From Octopus sinensis (taxonomy: Eukaryota): a DNA stretch of 64,000 nt. Under the pieces are notes generated by a model. It ran no database searches. It was given only the letters and a program-made list of their open reading frames with translations, and was not told the origin of the DNA. The stretch lies in NCBI RefSeq assembly GCF_006345805.1, contig NC_043011.1:31012464-31076463 (forward strand). The letters run 5' to 3'. A program made the translations under genes and the position numbers. This document shows, piece by piece, positions 49,587 through 62,069 of the stretch; positions within the stretch are counted from its first letter, which is position 1, and every line of letters begins with the position of its first letter.

Positions 49587-49892
49587 GGATCTTTTCCTTT
49601 TGAACGGCACTTTGTAACATAATTTCTAGGTAACTAAAAAGTTTTAAACTTCGTATACTGGTAGAATGTGTTTATAAAACATCATTTTCTCTTCGCTTTA
49701 TTGAGAAAATTCTTTAGTTTGTAAGATATTTCGTCTGAAATTACTTGCATTTCGGCAATTTTAACCAATCAATTACCTCCACTGACGTAAATAACATTCT
49801 GTGCATAATGAATATGTCCCTCCTTTAAGAAACAGCTTGGGTTTATCTAAATTTGTGAAGAAAAAAAGATACCCTTCCCCAACCCCTAACCC
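49587..49892. mobile_element. Truncated Merlin-like MITE
   Basis: Left TIR GGATCTTTTCCTTTTGAACGGCAC with a body homologous to 20249-20940; no right TIR found. Confidence 0.7.
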
Positions 49893-49894
49893 TA

Positions 49895-50045
49895 ACCATC
49901 TTTGACCAAACTGGGGATGCTTACCTAAATTTGCTGCAGGAATCTGTTGTTCCATCTGTCAAAGAGTTGTTTGCTGACAAAGAGATTTCTTTTCAGCAAG
50001 ATAGAGCACTTCTCCATTACCATCATGACATAAGGACCTCTAGCA
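49895..50045 (+). mobile_element. Tc1/mariner (maT/rosa-like) transposase fragment, part 1
   Basis: YLNLLQESVVPSVKELF...FQQDRALLHYHHDIR, a decayed FQQDGAPPH motif. Confidence 0.7.
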
Positions 50046-50728
50046 TAGACTCGGGTGAAATTCTTCTCTCCCATTTATTATATATACAAGCATTCAAACA
50101 TAGCAAGGAACAGCTAGCCTTTAGCCACTATTTGGATCCTGTTGTGACCACTATTCTGATTGGTTAGTATTGGCACAATTTGTCTCTTATTCTGTCGTGC
50201 CAATTTGCCACATATAACCTGTCAGAGGCCCTAAATGCAATCATGTGTGACAACTTGTTTACAAACCTATTCTTAACCTAGAGTTTCTTATAAAAACTCA
50301 GCTTTTCCTCTTTCTGAGGTCTTTGGTCCCAGATCTTTTAAGGTATAGCCACTGACCACAAAGATACTACCAGTTCTGGTGACAACACCAGACAACACCA
50401 CCACAGCAGCCACGTTGAGACTCACTAACTTCGTCCAACAGCATTACAGCAACCGCTTTCTTCATCACCACCATCATGTCCTTTTCAACGATGCCAATAT
50501 CATCTCTCTTTGTACACAGCGCAGCAAGCAACTCACCCAGGTTCCAACACTTCACTGTTTATGAGTTACTTCACAATGGATCAACAGCGAATATACAACC
50601 TGCATTAACTCCTGTATCAAGTGACCCAGGCAGCAGCATCATAGCCATGACTTCACGTACATCATGTACCTGTAACTGTAACCAGCTCAGCATCATGGCC
50701 ATGACTTCTTGATACAGTAATATAGTAT

Positions 50729-51110
50729 AGGAGCACTCCATCGGTTACGACGATGAGGGTCCCAGCTGATACGATCAACGGAACAGCTTGCTCGTGGAAT
50801 TAATGTGTAAGTGGCTGAGCATTCCACAGACACGTGCACCCTTAACGTAGTTCTCGAGGAGATTCAGCGTGACACAGAGTGTGACAAGGCTGGCCCTTTG
50901 AAATACAGGTACAACAGAAACAGGTAGAAAGAGTGAGAGAAAGTTGTGGTGAAAGAGTACAGCAGGGTTCACCACCACCACCTGCAGGAGCCTTGTGAAG
51001 CTTTATGTGTTTTCGCTCAATAAACACTCACAATGCTCGGTCTGGGAATCGAAACCACGATCCTACGACCGCAAGTCCGCTGCCCTAACCACTGGGCCAT
51101 TGTGCCTCCA
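50729..51110 (-). mobile_element. tRNA-derived SINE
   Basis: Minus strand begins GTGGAGGCACAATGGCCCAGTGGTTAGGGCAGCGGAC...GGTTTCGATTCCC (A and B boxes), followed by a non-tRNA body. Confidence 0.8.
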
Positions 51111-51540
51111 CACTTGATACAGTATTTCACTTACCATGTATTATTGACTACAAACTGGTATTCTTCTTCTTGTAGCTATGAACTTCTCACATCAATGGCT
51201 ATAGACCCTTTCACTGTCTCCTTCTTCACTGCCATCCTTAAATGTTAACACATGCGCATACATCTATGCTTACATACACACACACACACACTTGGTTCTC
51301 ATGATGGCCTGTCTATTATTCTGTATACATGATGCTCACATAGACACACATGTTAACATATGAATAAATGTTTTCTTAACCATTCTTATACAGTTATGTC
51401 TCTTTTTCCTTCTGGCACTTATATGTACTCTTCATTTTCTCTTTATTATATCGGCTGTGTGATGTGGCACTAAAGAGCCATTCTCGTCACCTCACATCCA
51501 CGGTCCATTACAGATCTATCTCAATGCAACTTTTCCAAAT

Positions 51541-53418
51541 AGATGGTACCACCGATGCTAAGACAGCAGCAGGAGAAATACCTAGCCAAAGATAAGCCCC
51601 TGTACCTCGCTTTCGTTGACATGGAGAAAGCCTTCAACAGGGTCCCCCAATCCCTTATCTGGTGGTCAATGAGGAAACTAGGGATAGATGAATGGTTAGT
51701 GAGAGCTGTGCGAGCCATGTACAGGGACGCTGCTAGTAAGGTGAGGGTTGGCAACGAGTACAGTGAAGAATTCCGGGTAGAGGTAGGGGTCCACCAAGGT
51801 TCAGTCCTCGGCCCCCTCCTATTTATCGTAGTCCTCCAGGAAATAACAGAGGAATTCAAGAAAGGATGCCCCTAGGAGCTCCTCTATGCTGACGACCTTG
51901 CTCTAATTGCAGAGTCACTATCAGAACTGGAGGAGAAGTTTCAGGTGTGGAAGCAAGGATTAGAATCGAAGGGCCTTAGAATCAACCTAGCTAAAACCAA
52001 AGTCCTAATAAGTAGGAAGGTAGACAAATCACAAACGCCTTCAGGTAGATGACCCTGCTCGATCTGTAGAAAAAGCGTAGGTAGAAACTCTATAAGATGC
52101 ACCAAGTGTAAGCTATGGACACATAAGAGGTGCAGCAATGTAAAAGGAAGGCTAACTAGGAAGATAGTTTTTGTATGTGGCAGATGCTCAGGAGCAATAA
52201 ACACTGAAAATGCGCAGAGACCAACTTCCGCCACATTCCAGGGAGAAAAACTAGAAATAGTTGATAGTTTCCGTTACCTAGGTGACCAAGTCAGTAGCAG
52301 GGGCAGGTGTGCTGAAAGTGTAACTGCTAGAGTAAGAATAGCCTGGGCAAAGTTCAGAGAGCTTTTACCTCTGCTGGTGACAAAAGACCTCTCGTTCAGA
52401 GTAAAAGGCAGACTGTATGACGCATGTGTACGAACAGCCATGCTACATGGCAGTGAAACGTGGGCCGTACTGCTGAGGATATGCGTAAGCTCACAAGAAA
52501 TGAAGCCAGTATGCTCCGATGGATGTGTAATGTCAGTGTTCATACTCGACAGAGTACCTTGAGAGAAAAGTTGGACCTAAGAAGCATCAGTTGAGGTGTG
52601 CAAGAGAGACGTTTGCACTAGTATGGTCATATGGTGAGAATGGATGAAGATAGTTGTGTGAAAAAGTGCCACACCCTAGCGGTTGAGGGAACCTGTGGAA
52701 GAGGTAGACCCAGGAAAACCTGGGACGACGTGGTGAAGCACGACCTTCAAACTTTAGGTCTCACCGAGGAAATGACTATAGACCAAGACCTTTGGAAGTA
52801 TGCTGTGTGTGAGAAGACCCAGCAGGACAAGTGAGACCATAACCCGTGGCCTCTACCTGGGATGTAGCCAGTCCACTTATGCATACCTTTCCTTCTTGGG
52901 ACACAAAACTCTACTTGTGAAGACCTGTTGAGGCAAGTGAAAATCAAAATCAAAATCAATCAACATCAATGGAAATTGTAGCTGTGATACCAGTGCCGGT
53001 GGCACGTAAGAGAACCATCCGAACGTGGCTGTTGCCAGTGCCGCCCTGACTGGCCTCCGTGCCGGTGGCATGTAAAAAGCACCATCCAATCGTGGCTGTT
53101 GCCAGTGCCGCCCTGACTGGCCTCCGTGCCGGTGGCATGTAAAAAGCACCATCCGATCGTGGCCGTTGCCAGCCTCGCCTGGCCTCCGTGCCGGTGGCAT
53201 GTAAAAACTACCATCCGATTGTGGCTGTTTGCCAGCCTCGTCTGGCACATAAAAAGCACCCACTACACTCTCGGAGTGGTTGGCGTTAGGAAGGGCATCC
53301 AGCTGTGGAAACATTGCCAAATCAGACTGGGCCTGGTGCAGCCTTCTGGCTTCTCAGACCCCAGTTGAACCGTCCAACCCATGCTAGCATGGAAAGCGGA
53401 CGCTAAACGATGATGATG
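51541..53418 (+). mobile_element. 5'-truncated RTE LINE: RT, PHD-like finger, C-terminal region, 3'-UTR minisatellite and (GAT)n tail; disrupted by stops
   Basis: LAFVDMEKAF, GVHQGSVLGPLLF, LLYADD, YLGDQV, GRPRKTW. In-frame stops at 51873-51875 and near 52050. Confidence 0.92.
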
Positions 53419-53848
53419 GATTGAGCAAAGAAGTAGTTTTGAATTCCCTCCACATTCACCAGACCTCACTCCAATGGACTTCTTTTTATGGGGATATCTC
53501 AAAGATAAATTTTACCGCTCAAAACCAGCTGATAGAGGAAATCAAAAGACAATATCTCACAGTTCCAAATAAAATGGTGCGTAACGGTTTTGAATCAATT
53601 GGTTCATGACTTCAACTGTGTTTGAAGAGTGGTGGTCATCAGTTTCAACATTTATAAAAATGCATTTGTCCATTTTGCATTTCACCATTGATCATTGTCA
53701 ATAACCAATGCATTTATTGTTATTTAAAGAGTAAGTGTATTTTTTGACCGTGTATTTGTCAATTTGAACCATTAATCTTGTTTCTAAGTCAATAAACATT
53801 GAATTGTCATTTAAAGTGTGAGTACATTTTGGTGGGGGGGACACTCTG
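53417..53848 (+). mobile_element. Tc1/mariner (maT/rosa-like) transposase fragment, part 2, with right TIR
   Basis: WIEQRSSFEFPPHSPDLTPMDFFLWGYLKDK...GGHQFQHL*. Ends ggggacactctg|TA. Confidence 0.8.
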
Positions 53849-54779
53849 TATGTATGCCTGTCTGTGTTTATCCCCCACCACTGCTTTGACAACTGGTGTT
53901 GGTATGTTTACATTCCCATAACTTAGCAGTTTAGCAAAAAGGATTGATAGAATAAGTACTGGGGTCAATTCATTTGACTAAAAAATTCTTCAATGTGGTG
54001 CCCCAGCATGGCCACAGTCTATTAACTGGAACAAGTAAAAGATAAAGGTAACAGCATGGCAAAGAAAGGAGAATTACAAAATCTTTTGTCCTCTCATTTC
54101 TAAACAGGGAGAAGATATCAATTTATCACTAACATTTGAGAACAGGGCTTTCATCATCATCATCATCATCATCGTTTAACGTCCGTTTTCCATGCTAGCA
54201 TGGGTTGGACGGTTCGACCGGGGTCTGGGAAGTCAGGAGGCTGCACCAGGCTCCAGTCTGATCTGGCAGTGTTTCTACAGTTGGATGCCCTTCCTAATGC
54301 CAACCACTCTGTGAGTGTAGTGGGTGCTTTTTACGTGCCACCGGCACAGGTGCCAGGGGAGCCTGGCATTGGCCACGCTCGGTTGGTGCTTTTTACGTGC
54401 CACCGGCACAGAAGCCAGTCAAGGCGGCGCTGGCATCGGCCACGTTCGGATGGTGCTTTTTACGTGCCACCGGCACAGGTACCAGGGGAGCCTGGCATTG
54501 GCCACGATTGGTTGGTGCTTTTTACATGCCACCGGCACAGAAGCCAGGCAAGGCGGCACTGGCATCGGCCATGTTCGGATGGTGCTTTTTATGTGCCACC
54601 GGCACAGAAGCAAGGCAAGGCAGCGCTGGCATCGGCAACGTTCGGATGGTGCTTTTTACATGCCACCAGCACAGGTATCACAACTACTATTTCCATTGAT
54701 ATTTATTTCGAACTATTGGTCGATCGGCTCCTATCTTTCCTAATCCTGTCCTTCTCTCTTTCAAATGTGACAAAAACTT

Positions 54780-57000
54780 TAGTAACCTATTAGAAGCTCC
54801 CTTTCTCTCATTTGGTACATGATGGCTGGCAAACTACTCTATTTACTATTAACCTTTTGAGAAAAATAAGAATTATTTTCTGATGTCTTTGGAACATTGT
54901 TTCATATAAAGTGCATAACTGTGACATTTTCCTGCAATTTCATTGTTCTGGAATAGAGTTCTAACATATTCTTTAAGTCTTTTTATCGGTTGAAATACTT
55001 CCATCATGTTCCCCTTAAAGTTGTAATTCCTTGATTTTTTGCAATCTTCATTATAAGGCAAACTTCCTAATTCTTGTAGTATTTTGATGCTATTCTTTGA
55101 ACTCTTTCTACAACTCTTTTGTCCTTTCTGAAGCAAAGTGACCAAGAGTGTACCACATATTCTAAATGGGCTTGCACATACTATCATCATCTTTGTTTTA
55201 AAGTTCAGATTTCTATGCTTACATATATCAGACAAAATTCATTGAGGCAGGTTTTTCTGGGACAAAGTAGTGAGCTACATAGAGGAGATAACAAAGGATG
55301 GAGATTATTGGTGATTTACTATGCTCAAGAAGACCTGTTCATTACAGTGAAAGAGAGGTCCTAAAAGTATGCTTATACCTGTAAATGCTAGGCCCTGGAT
55401 CTGGCACCCAATCTACCCATGTCAAGCATTCCTCTATCCTTCATTCTCATCATCCCTACCCATACTACTTTCCACTGATCACCCCACTTCCAGTACCTTC
55501 AGTTATCCCCTCTCCACCTTTGAACTACATCTTAGGTCCACCATATTTCACCTTTTAACATCTCTCGAATATTTCATCATTCTCAGGGCCTTTGTTGTTT
55601 CACTCATTGTAGCCAAACTTATGTACCTCTGACCTCCATCTCCGACACAGTTCATCCTTCTCCATTCTTACACCCTGCACATCATTTCCCTACTTATCTA
55701 TCCTCTGATATATGACATTGCAGCTCTCACCTCCTGTGCTGCTGCTAGTTATCCATTCCTTTCTGATCTGCTTCTATCTGTTTCACTACTTTGCTCCATA
55801 CAGATATTTATCATCAACCAAACTTCAATACTTTTTCAACACTCACTACATTCACCTCTAGCCTAATCTCTAACCATATATCACCCTCCTCCCACAATCT
55901 TATAAAATTATCCACCTTTCCTTTCCCCACTGATCCACATTTATATTTTCCTTTATTCCTTTATACTCACCATGTTATACCATGAAAATACGTTCTGGCG
56001 TCTCATCGCCATTTTTCATCTCCCTTGCATCTACTCACACTCACAATATATTAAGTAGCTATGTATTTTCAATAGCAAGATGCCTGTGCTTGTTCCTCTT
56101 GTACTTTAGCCTTCATCATCTGACATAAAGCCACCTCTACTTCTCTCAAATACACTTACACTCAGTCAAGGGAGCTTGTTCCTGTTCCTTTCTTTACTTT
56201 GTCTTGCAAGTTACTTGACCATCTCACTGGTGCTGATGTCACAGGAAAGGCATCCAGCACACATTGTAAAGTGATTGGTGTTAGGAAAGGTTGTCCAGCC
56301 ATAGAACTATACCAAAGCTGAGACATTGAGGCCCCAACACAGCTCTGAAAACTGACATTAAATGACAATGACGATTTAATAAGCACTAATAGTAAACTTT
56401 GGTTTCTCTTCTCAGAACAAATTACTTTTGTACAAGTATATCTTGTTTTCAAGTTCTGTGTGTGTTTAGCATAGTCCCTTCCTAGTTTACATCTTGCCTT
56501 TACACAATTTATATTTTTATGGCCTTTAAAAATTTTCTGTTTGCATAAAGAATTGGAAAGAGGCCCTTTATTTTTTAGGCTTACTTTCCAGTTCATAACA
56601 TCCTACAGCTTTCTTACAATTATGACTGAAATTTTCCCATGCATCATAAACTCCAAAATCATGTAGCACTTCTTTTTCACTTATTTAAGAAATTCTCACA
56701 TTGCTTCATATTTTCCATAACAGCATATAGTTGTATTGCTTCCTTCATTCACTGTACCTTTATTTATATCCTATAAAATATTCAAAGCATATTACAGCAT
56801 GATCTCATATACTATCATGCTTTCTACATCATATATATTTCCTGTCAGCATTAGATCTGACATATTTGGACTCTACAAGATAATTTTGTTGAATGGCTTG
56901 TAAAAATTTCTTGAATGTATTATCTGGCCCATCCATGTCCTTATGTTTGTTTCAATTAATTTCTGGATAATTATGACTTGGCTACTAAGTGGTCAATATT
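54780..57000 (-). mobile_element. Heavily decayed CR1-type LINE remnants
   Basis: Frame-shifted HLEY...ERVQR...LPY motifs at 54900-55240. Weak ORF2-linker resemblance at 56400-57000. Confidence 0.45.
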
Positions 57001-57540
57001 TTGTTTTGATGAAAGTGGTGAGCTGGCTGAATTGCTAGCATGCTGGGCAAAATGTTTAGCAGCATTTCATCTGTCTTTACGTTCTGAGTTCAAATTCTGC
57101 TGAAGTCGCGTTTGTCATTCATTCTTCTGAGATTGATAATATACATACCAGCTGAGTAGTGGGGTTGATGTAACTGACTTACCCCCATCCCCAAACATGC
57201 TGGCCTTGTGCCAAAATTTTAAACCAATATTTTGTCTTGATGTTTCTGAGAAATAAAATTCAGATTCACTACTAGAACTCCTATCAAAAAGTATCATTTT
57301 GAAGGGTTTCAGTTGAACAAATTGACCCCCATATTTCTATTATTTTTTTTAAAAATCTGTTACTTATTCAATCAGTCTCTTTTGCAGAACTGCTAAGTTA
57401 TGGGGACATTATCAAGCCAACACTGGTGGTGGAGACAATCACAAAGACACACACACACACACATGATGGGCTTCCACAGTTTCTATCAACCAAACTCACT
57501 CACAAGGCATTGGTCAGCCCTGGGCAATAGAAGAAGACAT

Positions 57541-57999
57541 GGATCTTTACCTTTTGACTAGCAAATTTAGAAAATAATTTTCTGTAACTAAACACTTTCA
57601 AACTTCGTATACTGGTAGAATGTGTCATATAAAATATCTTTTACTCTTAGCATTTTTGAGAAAAGTTTATATTTACGAAGTTATTTCATTTTTAAGTTAC
57701 GTATTTCGGTAATTTCAACCAATCAATGACGTGTATTCAGCTGAATAAAATTACTGCTGTTGTTTGTCAACAACAACTATTGTCGGAGTATATTTCGTTT
57801 GTCACTGTTATTTATTACATCATTTGTGCGTTTGTACTGAATTTAGGGTTAGAGTTACGGCAAAAAATGAAAAATGAAGCATGAACTATTATGGTGGTGC
57901 CATGAAGTAAACAGGTTTCAGATACACTCGTTTATTCATACAAACGTAACTGAGATGAAATATTATTTTCTAAATCTGCTGGTCAAAAGGTAAAGATCC
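57541..57999. mobile_element. Merlin-like MITE, divergent TIR variant, inserted in a SINE
   Basis: GGATCTTTACCTTTTGACTAGCA / TGCTGGTCAAAAGGTAAAGATCC. TSD gaagacat / gaagacac. Flanks rejoin as the SINE motif agaagacacttg. Confidence 0.78.
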
Positions 58000-58880
58000 G
58001 AAGACACTTGTTTTAGGTGCCATGCAGGGCTGAACCTAAACCCATGTGGTTGCAAAGCAAACTTCTTAGCCACAAAGTCATGCTTGTATCTTTATAAATT
58101 ACTAAATAAAATCTTATTCTCCCCTATGGTTATTTTAACTCAAACAACTTCAAGAGATTCTGTACTAAAAGGCTTTGATACTTCAAAAGAGATTTTATCT
58201 TTATCTCTTTAGCATTCAGATTACATCTGTCAAATGTAACCATTATAAATCTTGGTTGATTGTTTCTTAATTGAGCATGATCTGTTGTGTGCCTCTCTAG
58301 CAGCACCATAAATTTGCCGTGTTGCTTGATCCTTTAGCATTTAGATTACTCTGTGAAATGTAAATTTTTTTTTTACTTGTTTCAGTCTTTTGATTGCAGC
58401 CATGCTGAAGCACCACTGTAAAGGGTTTTAGTCAAACAAAATTGAACCCAGGACTTATTCTTTGTAAGCCTAGTACTTATTCTATTGATCTCTTCAGCCA
58501 AAGCCACTAGTTACAAGTGATGGGGGGGGGGGGGGGGGACAAACAGACACACACATAAGCACCTAATACAAATATACACACAATGGACTTCTTTCAGTTT
58601 CCATCTATCAAATCCACTCACAAGGCTTTGGTCAGCCTGAGGCTGTAGTAGAAGAGACTGGCCCAAAGTGCCAAAGAGTCTTGAATCAATTGTACATTAT
58701 CTTGTAGCTTTGAGATTTCAATGATGCAATTGTTTATTTTTGGTAAAACATTATAGGGTAAGTGTAAGAAGTCAGATCTGGCTAGTTTGAACATAAAACA
58801 AATAGAATATTTTGGTCAGATATGGACAGTTTCAATACTAAAATAGGGTTAATGTAAATTACTAAATTTTCACGTTAATA

Positions 58881-59248
58881 GGCGTAGGAGTGGCTGTGTG
58901 GTAAGTAGCTTGTTTACCAACCACATGGTTCCGGGTTCAGTCCCACTGCGTGGCACCTTGGGCAAGTGTCTTCTACTATAGCCTCGGGCCGACCAAAGCC
59001 TTGTGAGTGGATTTGGTAGACGGAAACTGAAAGAAGCCCGTCGTATATATGTATATATATGCGTGTGTGTGTTTGTGTGAGTGTATTTGTCCCCCTAGCA
59101 TTGCTTGACAACCGATGCTGGTGTGTTTATGTCCCCGTCACTTAGCGGTTCGGCAAAAGAGACCGATAGAATAAGTACTGGGCTTACAAAAGATTAAGTC
59201 CCGGGGTCGATTTGCTGAAACAAGTAAAAGAGTAAAGAGTAAAAGAGT
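58881..59248 (+). mobile_element. tRNA-derived SINE, well-preserved copy
   Basis: Same family as 16197-16595, 33060-33430, 37110-37650, 42724-43110 and 63790-63960. Confidence 0.85.
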
Positions 59249-59814
59249 TAAGCATTGCTAACCTTCTGCATAAATTTGTAATTTCTCATATTCATTACAT
59301 TGTCAACAATATTGTCATCCAACCATGTTTTGTTTTCCAGTGAAATTTTTCAGCATTTTTAAACATTCACTTTATGAATTCTTTACAGCTACATTATTTT
59401 CTTCATCCTGATAAACTAGCTTTAGGAACTGAACAATTTTCCTTCTTCTTCCCGAATATCCATGAACTCCAACTTAAAATCTAGATACCATTATTATCTC
59501 TTACTAATATGCAAATCACACACCCTTGTTCTTCTCTGAGATTGCAATCTCTCTTATTCTATAATGCACCTCCACTGTCCTAGCTGCACTCATAACTCAA
59601 AGTGCACTCCAAAATTTGGTGTCTCTGCATATGCAGATTTTTCTTTGGCTTTCTCACATTCAGTCTTATGATTGGCACTCCTAAGAGAGCAGTAATTAAG
59701 AGAAAGTAGGAATTGACTCAAATCATGATGAGCTGTGCAGATGTAAACTAGTCAAACTTGCTCCTTAATCTTGAATAAGATGAAAAAGACCAACAGTTTC
59801 TTTTCTTCTATATA

Positions 59815-60205
59815 CTGATACGAGCAAAACGCCCCCCCGTCCAATGGTCGGTGCTGAGTTGTCAAACATTTAAACCAAATTTTCTCAAAACAACTTGTCC
59901 AACCGTCCCATTTTGTGGCATTATTTCAAGCCAGCCGGCTTTTTTTTGCGCCAACTGCACGTGCATTTTTCTCGCATATGTGTAGTATCGATTGCAACAG
60001 CTGATGTACTTGCATGTACAAATGCATGTTCCCACAGCTTTATCGATCGCATTCACACATGTAATCGATTTTTGTAATTTTTTCAAGACTTATACACGCC
60101 CTGATACCGTTGGTATCTACATATCAAATTTGAGCACAATCGGATGGAGGATGCCTGAGATCCTAGAAGACACACACACAGACAGAACGTATTTTATATA
60201 ATAGA
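59815..60205 (-). mobile_element. Non-autonomous Helitron-like element
   Basis: Minus strand starts A|TCTATTATATAAAA plus (TG)n and ends GCTCGTATCAG|T. AT target, CpG retained; the 3' end deviates from CTAG. Confidence 0.55.
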
Positions 60206-62069
60206 TTTTACACATTATATAAGGTCAAAGAGAAAGAAAAGGCCATGAAGGAGATGGAGGTTCTACATGGTTACACAACATGCTAAAAATAGCAGTGAAT
60301 TCACTCAAACTACATCTTTAAAAAATGGAAGAACACAGTCATGGCTGATAAGCTTTGCTCACAGACCTGCTTGAAGAAAGTTGACCTGGAGCTTCAACAA
60401 CAACAACAGAGGGAAGAAAAAAGAAGAAAATATAAAAAGACAACAATAAAAAAACAGATAAGAAATGGTAAGAAGGAAATTTAGCAGTATGAGGTGTGAT
60501 GATTATCTTTATTAATATAATCTAACAGTAATCAGTCTGTTTAAACATTCATCCTCTCTGTTTAAAAAGTGTTGCACAACTGCAGTGGAGATTTTGTTGT
60601 TACAAATTATTACCAAAATCAACACTGAAATTATAATAAATAGGTTAACAAACTAATAATAAATAAGTGTAAATGACTGACGAACAGACCCCCAAAAATC
60701 TTTTCTTCGCTGTTGCATAACAAATTAATTTCCAAACTGTCAGTAAGTAGTCATTCTAATACACACACACACGCACACACACACCATGAGATCAGATCAG
60801 ATCAAATAAAAAAAACAAAACAAAAGAGGGCCATGGACCAAAATCTACTTAAAAGTTGTGTCCTACCTCATTCACCCTCATCAGTAAGAGGGACACTGTT
60901 TCTAAGGCTCGAAAGTGTATATCCCGTCACAGATATTATTATCATGTATTTATGGCAAGGACACTTCATTCTCAATTGACACAGCCCAATACTGAGTAAG
61001 CACCATTCAGTAGTATTTCTCAATGACCCGTGTGGTTAAGAAATTTGCATCACTATCACATGGTTCCAGGTTCAGTCCTACTCTGCACCACTTTGGATCC
61101 AATATCTTCTACCACAGGCTCGAATCAACACAAGCCTTGGCAGTGCAACTGAATAGATGGAAATTGTGTGGAAGCCCAGTGGATGGACTGTAACTGGTCT
61201 TGCGGTGGTAGAATTAATCTAATGACTAGTTTAACACCCACCACCTGGTCCATGGGTGCTGTTAGTAGAGCCCACCCAGTTGCATATATTCTAACCAGTT
61301 ATCATCTAGTCTGAGAATAACTCCTCTCTTTCTACCACCAATTTCGAAGGCTCTGCATGGGCGCTGCCTTTCCTTATTAATAAACTATAAAAAAATAATT
61401 TAAAAAACACCTCTCAAGAGTGTTACTTGAAAAGACATGAGCTCTTTCAAAATAACTTGTTTACATCACTTAATAATTTAAATTTCAATAGGCGCCTATC
61501 AACTGATTCATATTGAAATCACACTATTCATTACAGTTAATCTTTACAAAAATTCCTCTGCACCAGTGCTCAATTTCAGTTTTTGTAATACTATACATTG
61601 AGAGAGAAACTTCTCTCTGGAGAGGATGCCAGTCTATCACAGATAACTTTCCTAAAAAAATGAGTTGAATTCCAGTTGTCATTGTTTTTAGTGATGAACT
61701 AAATACCACAATATAGTGCCTTTTTCATTTAAGTGATCTGAGTCATTGAGAGTTAAGCATTTCAACTACGGATATAGTGTAGTGTCACTGACGAGATAAA
61801 AGCCATTATCTTCTTCAACTCAGCCGGTCCTCAACCCTCACATAACACCCACTGCTAAACTGTAAATGGGTTAGTCAGGGATTTAATAAAAAATCAAATA
61901 ACAGGACAGTTGTTCACCATACATACACAGCATGTGCAATTGGTTGATAAATAATGTGTGTGTAAGTGAAATGAAATTTTTTTTTTAAATGATTCAAAAA
62001 TTCAAAAGATTTGATATAATACTTATGTACCATCCAATTTGTTTGGTCATCAAGGGAGCTTCTAGAGTG

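Noticed and set aside
50050-50715. Coding-looking, CA-rich segment with several short ORFs
   Set aside because: No recognisable motif, no consistent splice sites and stops in the plausible frames. Probably a decayed TE; left unclassified.
51030-51110. tRNA-like sequence with A and B boxes (also the SINE heads at 25394, 30610 and 58881)
   Set aside because: No complete acceptor stem, and each continues into a SINE body, so they are not tRNA genes.
52990-53260. CRISPR-like look of the repeated gtggcacgtaaaaagcacc units (also 9950-10200, 45480-45730, 54320-54670)
   Set aside because: The intervening segments are homologous to each other, there are no cas genes, and the context is eukaryotic. 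It is a minisatellite in a LINE 3'-UTR.
54200-54793. 197-aa ORF and similar ORFs at 9833-10618, 45310-45781 and 52877-53320
   Set aside because: These are translations of the RTE tail minisatellite, open in several frames on both strands.
59300-59800. Possible CR1 ORF1 remnant linking to 54780-57000 as one full-length element
   Set aside because: Similarity is too faint to support by eye; it needs an HMM alignment.
61788-61795. CTGACGAG hammerhead-like box
   Set aside because: No stem II, GAAA box or closing stem I follows.
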